Below are positions 1 through 8,388 of a stretch of 32,000 bases of DNA, piece by piece. Source of the DNA: an uncultured Mycoplasmatota bacterium (lineage in GTDB: Bacteria > Bacillota_I > Bacilli_A > RF39 > UBA660); NCBI GenBank assembly GCA_900547225.1, contig URFW01000002.1:140392-172391 (forward strand), read 5' to 3'. The notes beneath the pieces are model-generated. The model saw only the letters and a list, made by a program, of their open reading frames with translations. It ran no database searches and was not told the DNA's origin. Position 1 is the first letter of the stretch. Each line of letters begins with the position of its first letter. The translations under genes were made by a program, and so were the position numbers.

Positions 1-47
1 TGTTTTTTTATTGCAATTCTAATAGAATTTAGTAAACGTTTTTTCAT
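1..47 (-). CDS. 5' end (15 codons) of an unidentified gene running off the left edge
   Basis: The reverse strand reads GAGGTGA-agt-ATG AAA AAA CGT TTA CTA AAT TCT ATT AGA ATT GCA ATA AAA AAA (MKKRLLNSIRIAIKK). An SD-like GAGGTG (complement of 52-57) sits just upstream of the ATG (complement of 45-47). Too short for a functional call. Confidence 0.3.
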   Translation of the reverse strand, partial: MKKRLLNSIRIAIKK

Positions 48-223
48 ACTTCACCTCGTTTATCTAATTTATGATTTAATTTTAGTATACTTAAACTAAA
101 AAGATATTTTATTAGTTTTAAATCATAAATAAATAAGCTAAAAATAATTTATTTATTATTTAAAACAAACATTTTTTACCTTTTAACTTCAAAAAATTAC
201 CATTTAGCATTGTTTTCATCTTT

Positions 224-251
224 TTGACGAATAATTTTGTATTATTAAATA
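224..251 (+). promoter_or_regulatory. candidate sigma-A promoter of the cold-shock gene with a long 5' UTR
   Basis: TTGACG (224-229), 16-nt spacer, TAAATA (246-251). This gives a ~100-nt leader, as is usual for csp genes. Sequence-only prediction. Confidence 0.25.
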
Positions 252-357
252 GTCGTTTGCGAAATTTGTCGAAATTTGATGAACGTAAATGGTTGAAATC
301 AGGTGTTTACATGCGGTATATTAGTATTGTAAGCAATAAGGGAAGTGAGGTGTACGT

Positions 358-579
358 ATGACGAGATTGGGTAAGATAAAGTGGTTTAATAATGAAAAAG
401 GATACGGCTTTATCGAAGGCGAACATGATGAAGATATCTTTGTTCATTATTCTGCAATCAAACAAGATGGTTATAAATCACTATCTGAAGGACAAATGGT
501 AGAGTATGAATTATTAGAAACTGAAAAGGGATTACAAGCTATCAATGTCAAAGAAGTATCAAATGCTACTGTTAGATAG
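358..579 (+). CDS. csp: cold-shock protein, CspA family (single cold-shock domain)
   Basis: 73 aa. [16 protein letters not shown] (RNP1-like) and DIFVHYSAI (RNP2-like) motifs. GAGGTG RBS 6 nt upstream of the ATG. Confidence 0.93.
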   Translation: MTRLGKIKWFNNEKGYGFIEGEHDEDIFVHYSAIKQDGYKSLSEGQMVEYELLETEKGLQAINVKEVSNATVR

Positions 580-594
580 TAGCATTTGTTTTTG
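565..594 (+). terminator. candidate rho-independent terminator of csp
   Basis: GCTACT (565-570) pairs with AGTAGC (578-583) around a 7-nt loop, followed by ATTTGTTTTT. The short stem overlaps the stop codon. Confidence 0.35.
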
Positions 595-631
595 TATTGT
601 GATATAATTTAAGTGTAGGAGGATTGATAAT

Positions 632-1162
632 ATGAAGTACAACATTCGTGGTGAAAAAGTAGAAGTAACTGAAGCAATAAGATCTTATATAGAAGATAAG
701 ATTGGAAAACTTGATAAGTACTTTGAAAACGCTGATAACATAACTGCAAGTGTGGTAATTAAGGTTCGCGGAAAAGAACAAAAAATTGAGATAACAGTAC
801 CAGCTATGCATTATACGTTAAGAAGCGAAGAAGCACATTCAGATTTGTATGCAGCTATCGATTTAACAGTTGATAAGCTAGAAAGGCAAATAAGAAAACA
901 TAAAACGAAGATCAATTCTAAAAACAAGAAAAACGTAATTCAAAACTTTGAAATTGATTTAGAAGATAAGTTTGAAGAAGATGAATCAAAGGTTTTAAAA
1001 AGAAAGAAAGTAGATATGAAACCTATGGATGAAGAAGAAGCTATAATGCAAATGGAAATGTTAGGACATTCATTCTTTGTATTTAAAAATGCTGAAACTA
1101 ATAATATTTGCGTTCTATATCTAAGAAAAGATGGAAATTACGGAATTATTGAAACAAATTAA
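632..1162 (+). CDS. hpf: ribosome hibernation promoting factor, long form (HPF/YvyD)
   Basis: 176 aa. The N-terminal sigma-54-modulation/S30AE domain (MKYNIRGEKVEVTEAIRSYIEDKIGKLDKYF) and the C-terminal dimerisation domain (KPMDEEEAIMQMEMLGHSFFVFKN) are both present. AGGAGG RBS. Conserved position upstream of secA. Confidence 0.92.
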   Translation: MKYNIRGEKVEVTEAIRSYIEDKIGKLDKYFENADNITASVVIKVRGKEQKIEITVPAMHYTLRSEEAHSDLYAAIDLTVDKLERQIRKHKTKINSKNKKNVIQNFEIDLEDKFEEDESKVLKRKKVDMKPMDEEEAIMQMEMLGHSFFVFKNAETNNICVLYLRKDGNYGIIETN

Positions 1163-1172
1163 TAATAAACTT

Positions 1173-1214
1173 AAAGGAAAATAGTTAAAAATCTTTAATT
1201 ATTTTCTTTTTTTT
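1173..1214 (+). terminator. weak AU-rich hairpin plus U-tract between hpf and secA (terminator or attenuator)
   Basis: AAAGGAAAATA (1173-1183) pairs with TATTTTCTTTT (1200-1210) with one G-U pair, followed by TTTT. An extended -10 TGtTACAAT follows at about 1215-1223. Confidence 0.3.
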
Positions 1215-1248
1215 GTTACAATATTTTTTAAGGAGATGATTTGAATAT

Positions 1249-3744
1249 ATGTTAGGATTTTTAAAGAAAATTTTTGATCATGAATATAAAGAATTAAAGA
1301 AGTTTAAATTAATTGCAGATGAAGTATTTGAGTTAGATGATAAATATAAAAAGATGACCGATAAACAACTTCAAGGATGCACTAATAAATTAAAAAAGAG
1401 ATTAAAAGATGGTGAAACGGTAGATGATATATTACCAGATGCTTTTGCAGTAGCTAGAGAAGCAGCTTACCGTGTAATTGGGGAAAAGCCATTTTATGTA
1501 CAGGTTTTAGGAGCCCTTGCAATTCATTTTGGTAATATTGCAGAAATGAAAACTGGTGAAGGTAAAACTTTAACTTGCGTTATGCCAGCATACTTAAATG
1601 CATTAACTGAAAAAGGTGTTCACGTAGTAACGGTTAACGAATATTTAGCAACTCGTGATGCCGAGTGGATGGGTCAAATATATAGATTTTTAGGATTAAC
1701 AGTAGCTGTTAACTTAAGAGAAATGTCATCTAAGGAGAAAAAAGAAGCTTATAACTGTGATATTTTATATTCAACAAATAACGAATTGGGTTTTGACTAC
1801 CTAAGAGATAACATGGTTGTTAACGCTGAGGATAGAGTTCAAAGACCACTTCATTTTGCAATTATAGATGAGGTTGACTCTGTATTAATTGATGAGGCTA
1901 GAACTCCACTTATAATATCTGGTGGTGTTATGAAGTCAGCTAATCTTTATAAGGATGCTGATAGATTTGTTAAAACTTTAAGAGAAAATGAAGATTATAC
2001 AATAGATGAAAAAACAAAAGATATAACATTAACAGACCAAGGAACGGAAAAAGGTGAAAAATACTTTAGAATAGCAAACCTTTATGATATTGAGCATTCT
2101 GCATTAGTTCACCACGTTAATCAAGCATTAAAAGCAAACTATACAATGCATAATGATGTTGATTATGTTGTTCAAGAAGGTAAGGTTGTAATTGTTGACC
2201 AATTTACCGGAAGACTTATGCCTGGTAGAGCATTTTCTGACGGGCTTCATCAAGCAATTGAAGCTAAAGAAAACGTAGAAATAGAAGAAGAAACAAAGAC
2301 ACTTGCTACCATTACATTCCAAAATTACTTTAGAATGTATGAAAAGTTATCTGGTATGACAGGTACTGCTAAAACAGAGGAAGAAGAATTTAGAAACATA
2401 TACAATATGTATGTAATTGAAATTCCAACTAACTTACCAGTAATAAGAGTTGATGCAGCTGATTTAATTTATTCAACAAAAGAAGAAAAATATAAGGCAA
2501 TAATCGCTGAAATCAAAAGAAGACACGAAAAAGGACAACCAGTATTAGTTGGTACAATTGCAATTGAAACCAATGAATTATTAAGTAGTATGCTAAAGAA
2601 AGCTCATATAAAGCATGAAATATTAAATGCTAAAAACCATGCAAGAGAAGCAGAAATAATTGCAAAAGCAGGTGAGAAGGGCTCTGTTACTATTGCAACT
2701 AATATGGCAGGACGTGGTACTGATATCAAGCTTGGAGAAGGTGTTAAAGAGCTAGGCGGATTATGCGTAATAGGTACTGAAAGACACGAGTCAAGACGTA
2801 TAGATAACCAGTTAAGAGGACGTTCAGGTCGTCAAGGAGATCCAGGTTATAGCCAATTTTTCGTATCATTTGAAGATGAATTAATGGTAAGATTTGGTAC
2901 TGATAGATTTAAGTCTATCTTAGAAATGGCTGGTTTAGATAGTGAAAGAAACATGCGTAGTAGAACTATTACAAGATCAGTTGAAACAGCACAAAAAAGA
3001 GTTGAAGGAAACAACTTTGATGCTCGTAAACATTTATTACAATATGATGATGTAATGGGTAAACATCGTGAAATAATGTATGCTAGGAGAAATGAAATAC
3101 TAGACAATGAAGATGTTCACAACTATGTTATTAATACAATGAAAGAGCTTATTGAATTACTAGTAAGAAGACACACTAATGAGCATGGTGTAATTTTAGA
3201 AGCTGATTGTAATGAAATAGTTGAATATGTAAATGAAAACTTACTTAATAATTCTAACTTAAAATTATCTGAAATATTAAATAAGGAAATAAATGACATA
3301 ATTGATGTTATACAAAGCAAGGTATTAAAAGAATATGAAGAAAAAATAAAAGAATTACCTGATGAAATAAGAAAAGACTTTGAAAAAGCTATAAGCTTAC
3401 AAGTCATTGATAACTACTGGATGGAACATATTAATACTATGGACCACTTAAGAGAAGGTGTTTCATTAAGGGGTTATGCTAATGAGGATCCTCTTCAAGC
3501 TTATATAAGAGAAGGATTTGAATTATTTGATAAAATGTTAGATAACATTTGTAAAGATACTACTTTGTATTTATTAAAAGCTGAAATAAGACAAAATTTG
3601 CAAGCAAAGCAAGTTAAGGGAAGTACTAACGAAGCAAAAGAACAAGGAGTAAAAAAGACTATTAAAAAGGGTAAGAAAATAGGACGTAATGACATGTGTC
3701 CTTGTGGTTCGGGAAAAAAATATAAGAATTGCTGTGGAAAGTAG
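1249..3744 (+). CDS. secA: preprotein translocase ATPase SecA
   Basis: 831 aa. Walker A MKTGEGKT, DEAD-like IIDEVDSVLIDEARTPLIISG, TNMAGRGTDIKLG, and the C-terminal zinc-finger tail CPCGSGKKYKNCCGK. AAGGAGA RBS. Confidence 0.98.
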   Translation: MLGFLKKIFDHEYKELKKFKLIADEVFELDDKYKKMTDKQLQGCTNKLKKRLKDGETVDDILPDAFAVAREAAYRVIGEKPFYVQVLGALAIHFGNIAEMKTGEGKTLTCVMPAYLNALTEKGVHVVTVNEYLATRDAEWMGQIYRFLGLTVAVNLREMSSKEKKEAYNCDILYSTNNELGFDYLRDNMVVNAEDRVQRPLHFAIIDEVDSVLIDEARTPLIISGGVMKSANLYKDADRFVKTLRENEDYTIDEKTKDITLTDQGTEKGEKYFRIANLYDIEHSALVHHVNQALKANYTMHNDVDYVVQEGKVVIVDQFTGRLMPGRAFSDGLHQAIEAKENVEIEEETKTLATITFQNYFRMYEKLSGMTGTAKTEEEEFRNIYNMYVIEIPTNLPVIRVDAADLIYSTKEEKYKAIIAEIKRRHEKGQPVLVGTIAIETNELLSSMLKKAHIKHEILNAKNHAREAEIIAKAGEKGSVTIATNMAGRGTDIKLGEGVKELGGLCVIGTERHESRRIDNQLRGRSGRQGDPGYSQFFVSFEDELMVRFGTDRFKSILEMAGLDSERNMRSRTITRSVETAQKRVEGNNFDARKHLLQYDDVMGKHREIMYARRNEILDNEDVHNYVINTMKELIELLVRRHTNEHGVILEADCNEIVEYVNENLLNNSNLKLSEILNKEINDIIDVIQSKVLKEYEEKIKELPDEIRKDFEKAISLQVIDNYWMEHINTMDHLREGVSLRGYANEDPLQAYIREGFELFDKMLDNICKDTTLYLLKAEIRQNLQAKQVKGSTNEAKEQGVKKTIKKGKKIGRNDMCPCGSGKKYKNCCGK

Positions 3745-3876
3745 TATAAAACAAGGAAAAAATTGAATTTAAGAAAGGTAACAAATTTGTTGTTTGTCAA
3801 CCAATAAATAAAAATGTGGACAAAATCCATTGAAATTAAATGATGTCAGCAAAAAGTAATTTGTTGACATTTTTTA

Positions 3877-4677
3877 TTGAAGGGGATGAAAAGAATGATG
3901 GAGTTAAATAATTTATTAAAATCATTAGATATTGATAAAGATTATCACGACAAAATTTTTGGCAATATGATATTTGAAAATTTATATACAAAAGTAGATT
4001 TAAATAAGTATGCTGCTATAAAAAATAAAATTTATTGGATGAGCTTATTGATATATAGAATATCTATGACAAACTATTTAAAATCGATTAACAAGAATAT
4101 TAATTTTGAAAATAAATTTATTAATATCGAAAAAAACAATCTAATGGTTTTTCATTTATCGCTAAACATTACAAGTGAAATTTGTAAACAATTTAGTAAT
4201 GGTGAAATATATCCATCATATATTTCAATGTTATGTAGGCAAATAATAGAACAAATATGTTTTATTAAAGAAGTTAAAAATGAAAATATAAATTTACAAC
4301 TTATAGTAGAATCTGCTTTAGAATCGTATAATAAACAATTAGGAGCAAAAAGCTTAAATATACAAGAATTGAATGATAATAATAAAGGATTACTGAAAGT
4401 TTTTAAAGGTAAAAAATCATATGGAAAACTTGCAAAAAAATATAAATATGGGTATATGTATAATTTCTTTTCTGGAGATATTCATTTATTATCACAAATT
4501 GATAAATTAATACCATTTAATACCAATCATTCAACGCAGTATTATGATATATATTTTAATTGTATTTTAACTTTGTTAAAGGATTATTTCTTGCTCATAA
4601 ATGATTATAATACTGAAGTAAAAGTAGATGTGACAAAATTAAATCAAATTAATTTTATGGAAATAAAAGATAGTTAA
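3877..4677 (+). CDS. hypothetical protein (islet cargo A); helical, distantly related to cargo B
   Basis: The ORF opens at TTG 3877. The likelier start is ATG 3895 or 3898, 8-11 nt after GAAGGGGA. No recognised catalytic motif. It shares a G-x5-Y-x-S-x(1,2)-R-x-I/A-I-E segment and a His segment ~80 aa downstream with the 407-aa ORF. Confidence 0.6.
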   Translation: MKGMKRMMELNNLLKSLDIDKDYHDKIFGNMIFENLYTKVDLNKYAAIKNKIYWMSLLIYRISMTNYLKSINKNINFENKFINIEKNNLMVFHLSLNITSEICKQFSNGEIYPSYISMLCRQIIEQICFIKEVKNENINLQLIVESALESYNKQLGAKSLNIQELNDNNKGLLKVFKGKKSYGKLAKKYKYGYMYNFFSGDIHLLSQIDKLIPFNTNHSTQYYDIYFNCILTLLKDYFLLINDYNTEVKVDVTKLNQINFMEIKDS

Positions 4678-4712
4678 TTAGATGGATTAATCAACTATCT
4701 TTTATTTTTTAT
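4665..4712 (+). terminator. rho-independent terminator after cargo A
   Basis: AAAAGATAGTT (4665-4675) pairs with AACTATCTTTT (4693-4703), followed by ATTTTTTATT. Confidence 0.5.
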
Positions 4713-4751
4713 TAGATTGAATTGAAATAATAGTGATTAAAGAAAGGATAA

Positions 4752-5998
4752 GTGACAATAATGATCAATATTAGAAAAAGGGGTAAAGTGTATCAATATT
4801 GCTTTGAAGCAGGGAAGGTAAATGGAAAAAGAAAACAAATAACTAAATCAGGTTTTAAAACTAAAAATGAGGCATATATAGCTGGACAAAAAGCATACGA
4901 TGAATTTATAAATGGAATAACTAATGTAGAGTGTAATATGTTATATGGAGATTATTTAGACTATTGGATGAAAGAATATTTTGAAATAAACTATAAATAT
5001 TCTACTGCAAGGAGATATAAAGAATCTTTTAGGAATATTAAAAAGGAATTAGGTAATTATAAGTTATCAATTTTAACACCATATATTCTAAATCAAGCGC
5101 TATTAAAGTTATATCAAACATCTGGCACAAGGAACGCATTAAGAAATTATCAAAAGGTTATTAAAAGTTCGTTGAGGGATGCAACTTACTATTTTGGATT
5201 TATTAAGAATAATCCGGCTGGTGATTTGGAGATACCTAGAGTATTATCATTTGAACTAAAAAAAACAATATAGGTCACATCTATACTGAAGAAGAAATAG
5301 AAATAATTTTGGGCAGATTTAAGAATAACAAAGTTTTTGTATGTGCATTTTTAACTGCTTGCTATACGGGAATGAGAACTGGTGAAGTATTTGCTTTAAC
5401 TTGGGATGATATTGATTTAGAAAATAGAATAATAAAAATTAATAAGACCGTTTACGCAAAAGATAAAGAAGAAAATGGCAGATGGTATTTAGGTACAACA
5501 AAAACAATAGGCAGTAGTAGAGAAGTTTATATTTGTGATACTCTATATTCAGTATTATCTGATTATAAAAATCTACAAGTTAAATATAAAAAAGAATATG
5601 GCAAAAAGTATAAAAGATATACCTTAAAAGAAATAAAAAATAAATATGGTAAGTTAATAGAATATAAAGTTATAGAAAGTCAATCTAGAAATAATAAAAT
5701 TCAAATGGTATTTACTAGGAAAGATGGAACTTATTCAGGAACAGATATTATTAGATATCCATTTAGAATAATTCATTATGAATTAGGAATTCAATGTAGA
5801 TTTTACGATTTAAGAGGAAGTTTTGCTACTATAAGTTTAAGAGGCGGGTGTGAAATAAAAGATATTGCAGAGGTGTTAGGGCATAAAAGAATAGAAACTA
5901 CCGAAAAATATTATATTTCAAGTACAAGTGAAGATAAGAAAACGGTTTCAAAAATATTAGAACAAAATCTCAAAAACTATAGTAATCTTAAAATGTAG
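4752..5998 (+). pseudogene. int: tyrosine recombinase (phage-type integrase) split by a frameshift at an A8 tract
   Basis: The N-terminal ORF (4752-5273) has an arm-binding AP2-like domain (RKRGKVYQY...GKRKQITKSGFKTKNEAY) and a SAM-like core-binding domain. The C-terminal ORF (frame open from 5255, ends 5998) has the catalytic domain (TGMRTGEVFALTWDDID, YDLRGSFAT, LGHKRIETTEKYY with the Tyr nucleophile). The frames meet at A8 (5258-5265), and one extra A would fuse them. Confidence 0.85.
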
Positions 5999-6037
5999 AT
6001 AAATTGTTATTTTTATGAAATGATGATATAATTTTAT

Positions 6038-7261
6038 ATGAAAAATTTACTTTGGAGAAGAAATATGAGTGATAATTTTAAATATAGTGAATGGAGAAAA
6101 AATGAAAATATAAAACGATATGAAATTCCTAATGTTGAAAACTATTTTGAAGATTTAATGAATATTGAACATTCATTTTCAGGAAGAATGGATATACCAT
6201 TAGCAAACACTTTTATAATGGAAGCGGTTCAATTAGTTGTTAATTCTATTTCTCTTTTTGAATTAGGTTATTTTGATAATGCTTACTATTCCTTAAGGGA
6301 AGCTATTGAAATATCAACAACAATAGTTTATTTATCAGATATGCCAGATGAAGAAAGACGAGAAAAAATGGAAGATTGGAAAAATACTAAAGATTTTCCA
6401 ATGCAAGGACAAATGTTAAATCAGTTATATCAATATGGGATAGTAATATCCGATATGAAAGAGAAAATGGAATCATTTTTTGATGAAATAAAAAATGTTA
6501 GCAAAAAGATAAATAAATGTATTCATAAACAGGGGTTAAGATTCTTTTATGTTAGCAGAAATCATCCAATAAATATAAAAAAGGATGATAAAGTATTTAT
6601 TGAAAATTATGTTGACTTTTTGGAAAAAACTATTGGAATAATTGCAGTTATGAGATTGGCAATAGATCCATATCCTGTATTATTAATGGATGAAGAAATA
6701 TTATTAAGATGTTTTGATTCGATGACAGAAGCATATAAAAATGAATTTGTAGAAAAATATATTACAAATGAAACATTAAAAGATTATAAAAAAACAGAAA
6801 TGTACATAAATCACTATAATGGACATATTACCGAAGAAAAAAAGAATTATGCTGTTTTTGATATAATGAAACATCAAGTTATAGATACAACAAAAATAAA
6901 AGAGATATTATCGCAAATCCATTTATTAGATAATACGGATAAAATAGCAACATATATAGCATTGATTTCTAAAAAGGTTGTAAAGATATATACTTATGGT
7001 GGTCTTCAAATGTATTTTACTGATAGAAAAACAAACAGAAAGGCACTTTCATGGGATGGTATGGAATTTAAACAATTTGAAGAAAGTAATGAAAAATTTA
7101 ATCAAAATTATGATGAAGTTTTTATATCAGTATTCACTTATAATATAGGAGATAATAAACAAGAATCTTTTTTTGTCGAACATAATGAGTGTTTAAACGA
7201 TTATGACATTAATTTGATAAAAGAATTGTCTGTAGATAAAATTATGGAAGACCAGGGTTGA
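6038..7261 (+). CDS. hypothetical protein (islet cargo B); helical N-terminal domain of DUF5677-like appearance
   Basis: The likelier start is ATG 6065, after GGAGAAG. LFELGYFDNAYYSLREAIEISTTIVYLSDMPDEERREKMEDW resembles, from memory and unverified, the G-x4-A-x3-R-x3-E-x6-YL...P-x-E pattern of DUF5677/Abi-associated helical domains. Confidence 0.6.
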   Translation: MKNLLWRRNMSDNFKYSEWRKNENIKRYEIPNVENYFEDLMNIEHSFSGRMDIPLANTFIMEAVQLVVNSISLFELGYFDNAYYSLREAIEISTTIVYLSDMPDEERREKMEDWKNTKDFPMQGQMLNQLYQYGIVISDMKEKMESFFDEIKNVSKKINKCIHKQGLRFFYVSRNHPINIKKDDKVFIENYVDFLEKTIGIIAVMRLAIDPYPVLLMDEEILLRCFDSMTEAYKNEFVEKYITNETLKDYKKTEMYINHYNGHITEEKKNYAVFDIMKHQVIDTTKIKEILSQIHLLDNTDKIATYIALISKKVVKIYTYGGLQMYFTDRKTNRKALSWDGMEFKQFEESNEKFNQNYDEVFISVFTYNIGDNKQESFFVEHNECLNDYDINLIKELSVDKIMEDQG

Positions 7262-7303
7262 CACTAAATAATATATTTTATATAATTGTAGCAAGTGAAC
7301 GGA

Positions 7304-7320
7304 TGTGGACACTGTCCACA
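7304..7320. repeat. perfect 17-bp palindrome TGTGGACA-C-TGTCCACA in the right arm of the islet
   Basis: Read directly. A third TGTGGACA copy lies in the left arm at 3815-3822. Confidence 0.8.
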
Positions 7321-7350
7321 ATATGTACACGTTAGAGAAATACTTATAGT

Positions 7351-7444
7351 ACAGGTAATATCATAAATACAAATAATATAGATGTTACCTAGTCTGGAAA
7401 AGCCTGAAATACAGGTAATATTATAAATACAAATAATACAGATA
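7351..7444 (+). repeat. two ~33-bp direct repeats spaced 60 bp apart (candidate integrase arm-type sites or iterons)
   Basis: 7351-7383 ACAGGTAATATCATAAATACAAATAATATAGAT and 7411-7443 ACAGGTAATATTATAAATACAAATAATACAGAT differ at 2 of 33 positions. Confidence 0.75.
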
Positions 7445-7464
7445 ATATGGGAGTACAAAGTTCA

Positions 7465-7506
7465 TGTGGCTCAGGAAAAAAATACAAACAATGCTGTGGA
7501 AAGTAG
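7465..7506 (+). repeat. displaced secA 3' fragment (attR-side copy of the SecA zinc-finger tail)
   Basis: In frame it reads CGSGKKYKQCCGK-stop. The upstream in-frame codons (..SS) lack the first Cys, and no ORF or RBS precedes it. Confidence 0.7.
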
Positions 7507-7507
7507 G

Positions 7508-7545
7508 CTCGCAAAGCCTTATAAATAAATGGCTTGCGAGTTTTT
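7508..7545 (+). terminator. rho-independent terminator, probably the native secA terminator
   Basis: CTCGCAAAGCC (7508-7518) pairs with GGCTTGCGAG (7531-7540) with one bulged A, followed by TTTTT (7541-7545). Confidence 0.75.
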
Positions 7546-7690
7546 CTATGATTACAATATTTAGGTAATTTTAGGAATGTCTTTTGTCTTAGATAAGTTG
7601 TTGAATAAAAACTTGCAATGTTTCAATAAAAAATTCTCTAAAAATTAATATTTATTACTATCTGATGCAATAAGAGGCTAAGATTTATTC

Positions 7691-7718
7691 TTAGTCTTTT
7701 TATAATTTATGATATAAT
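7691..7718 (+). promoter_or_regulatory. candidate promoter of the WYL regulator gene with extended -10
   Basis: TGaTATAAT: TG at 7710-7711 and TATAAT at 7713-7718. Weak -35 TTAGTC at 7691-7696. An inverted repeat CTAAGA/TCTTAG (about 7678-7695) overlaps the -35 and could be an operator. Confidence 0.35.
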
Positions 7719-7734
7719 GAATGTAGGTGATTTT

Positions 7735-8337
7735 ATGTCTAAAGTATCTAATGTTATAACAATGCTAGAATTGTTACAAAACGGAAAAAAATATAGTATT
7801 AATGAACTTTCTAAAGAGCTTGAAGTATCAGAAAGGATGATTAGAGTTTATAAAGAAGATTTAGAAAAAGCAGGAATTTATGTAGATACAATTATGGGAC
7901 CATATGGAGGATATGTATTAAATCAGCAGATTCGTATGCCAATTAGAAAATTTAAATTAAAAGATACAAAATTATTAGATAAATATATATTAAAAGAAAA
8001 AGATAAGAAGATAAAAGAAGAATTAATTATGCTTCAAGATAAAATAAAAGGAGTTTATATAGGGAGCAAACAAGAAGAAAAAGAGTTAAATTTAAAAGAA
8101 GAAACTGGAAAAAAATACAATTTGTTAACAAGAGCCATAAAAGAAAAAAGAAAAGTTAAATTATTGTATTATTCTTATGGTAAGGGTGAAAATCAAAGAA
8201 TTATATATCCTGCTGAAATGTTTTTGTTTCAAAATGGTTGGTACTGTGCAGCATTTTGTGAAATGAGACAAGATATTAGACATTTTGAATTGAAAAGAAT
8301 AATAAATTGTGAATTATTAGATGAAAAATATGAGTAG
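7735..8337 (+). CDS. HTH plus WYL domain transcriptional regulator (YafY/BrxR/CapW-like architecture)
   Basis: N-terminal winged HTH (ITMLELLQNGKKYSINELSKELEVSERMIRVYKEDLEKAG). C-terminal WYL domain (KVKLLYYSYGKGENQRIIYPAEMFLFQNGWYCAAFCEMRQDIRHFELKRI). The track ORF starts at 7717, but that ATG overlaps the -10 box. ATG 7735 follows AGGTGA. Confidence 0.8.
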   Translation: MSKVSNVITMLELLQNGKKYSINELSKELEVSERMIRVYKEDLEKAGIYVDTIMGPYGGYVLNQQIRMPIRKFKLKDTKLLDKYILKEKDKKIKEELIMLQDKIKGVYIGSKQEEKELNLKEETGKKYNLLTRAIKEKRKVKLLYYSYGKGENQRIIYPAEMFLFQNGWYCAAFCEMRQDIRHFELKRIINCELLDEKYE

Positions 8338-8349
8338 ACGAAATATTGC

Positions 8350-8381
8350 CTCCTTTTAAGTTATAGTTAACTTAAAAGGAG
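8350..8381 (+). promoter_or_regulatory. perfect 14-bp hairpin whose 3' arm contains the RBS of the downstream gene
   Basis: CTCCTTTTAAGTTA (8350-8363), loop TAGT, TAACTTAAAAGGAG (8368-8381). The AAAGGAG SD of the ATG at 8389 lies inside the 3' arm. No U-tract follows. Confidence 0.7.
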
Positions 8382-8388
8382 AATTATT

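Larger units (their letters stand above)
3703..7506 (+). mobile_element. integrase-bearing genomic islet inserted in the 3' end of secA, bounded by imperfect 42-bp direct repeats
   Basis: 3703-3744 and 7465-7506 are 36/42 identical, and both encode CGSGKKYK(N/Q)CCGK-stop. The interior holds a tyrosine integrase and two unknown ORFs. The second copy is followed by the apparent native secA terminator. Confidence 0.7.

Noticed and set aside
262-279. TTTGTCGAA(A/T)TTT motif shared by the csp leader (262-279) and the promoter spacer of the secretion operon (14777-14789)
   Set aside because: About one chance occurrence of such an AT-rich 8-9-mer is expected in 64 kb of two-strand sequence. There is no dyad symmetry or positional logic.
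7351-7444. Possible CRISPR array
   Set aside because: There are only two repeat copies, which are AT-rich and non-palindromic, separated by a single 27-bp spacer. No cas genes or leader are present.
7264-7458. 64-aa Cys/Ile-rich minus-strand ORF in the islet right arm
   Set aside because: Its internal repeat (IICIICIYNITC / YIICIYDITC) is just the translation of the 60-bp-spaced DNA direct repeats. It has no RBS, and the region is better explained as non-coding att-arm DNA.
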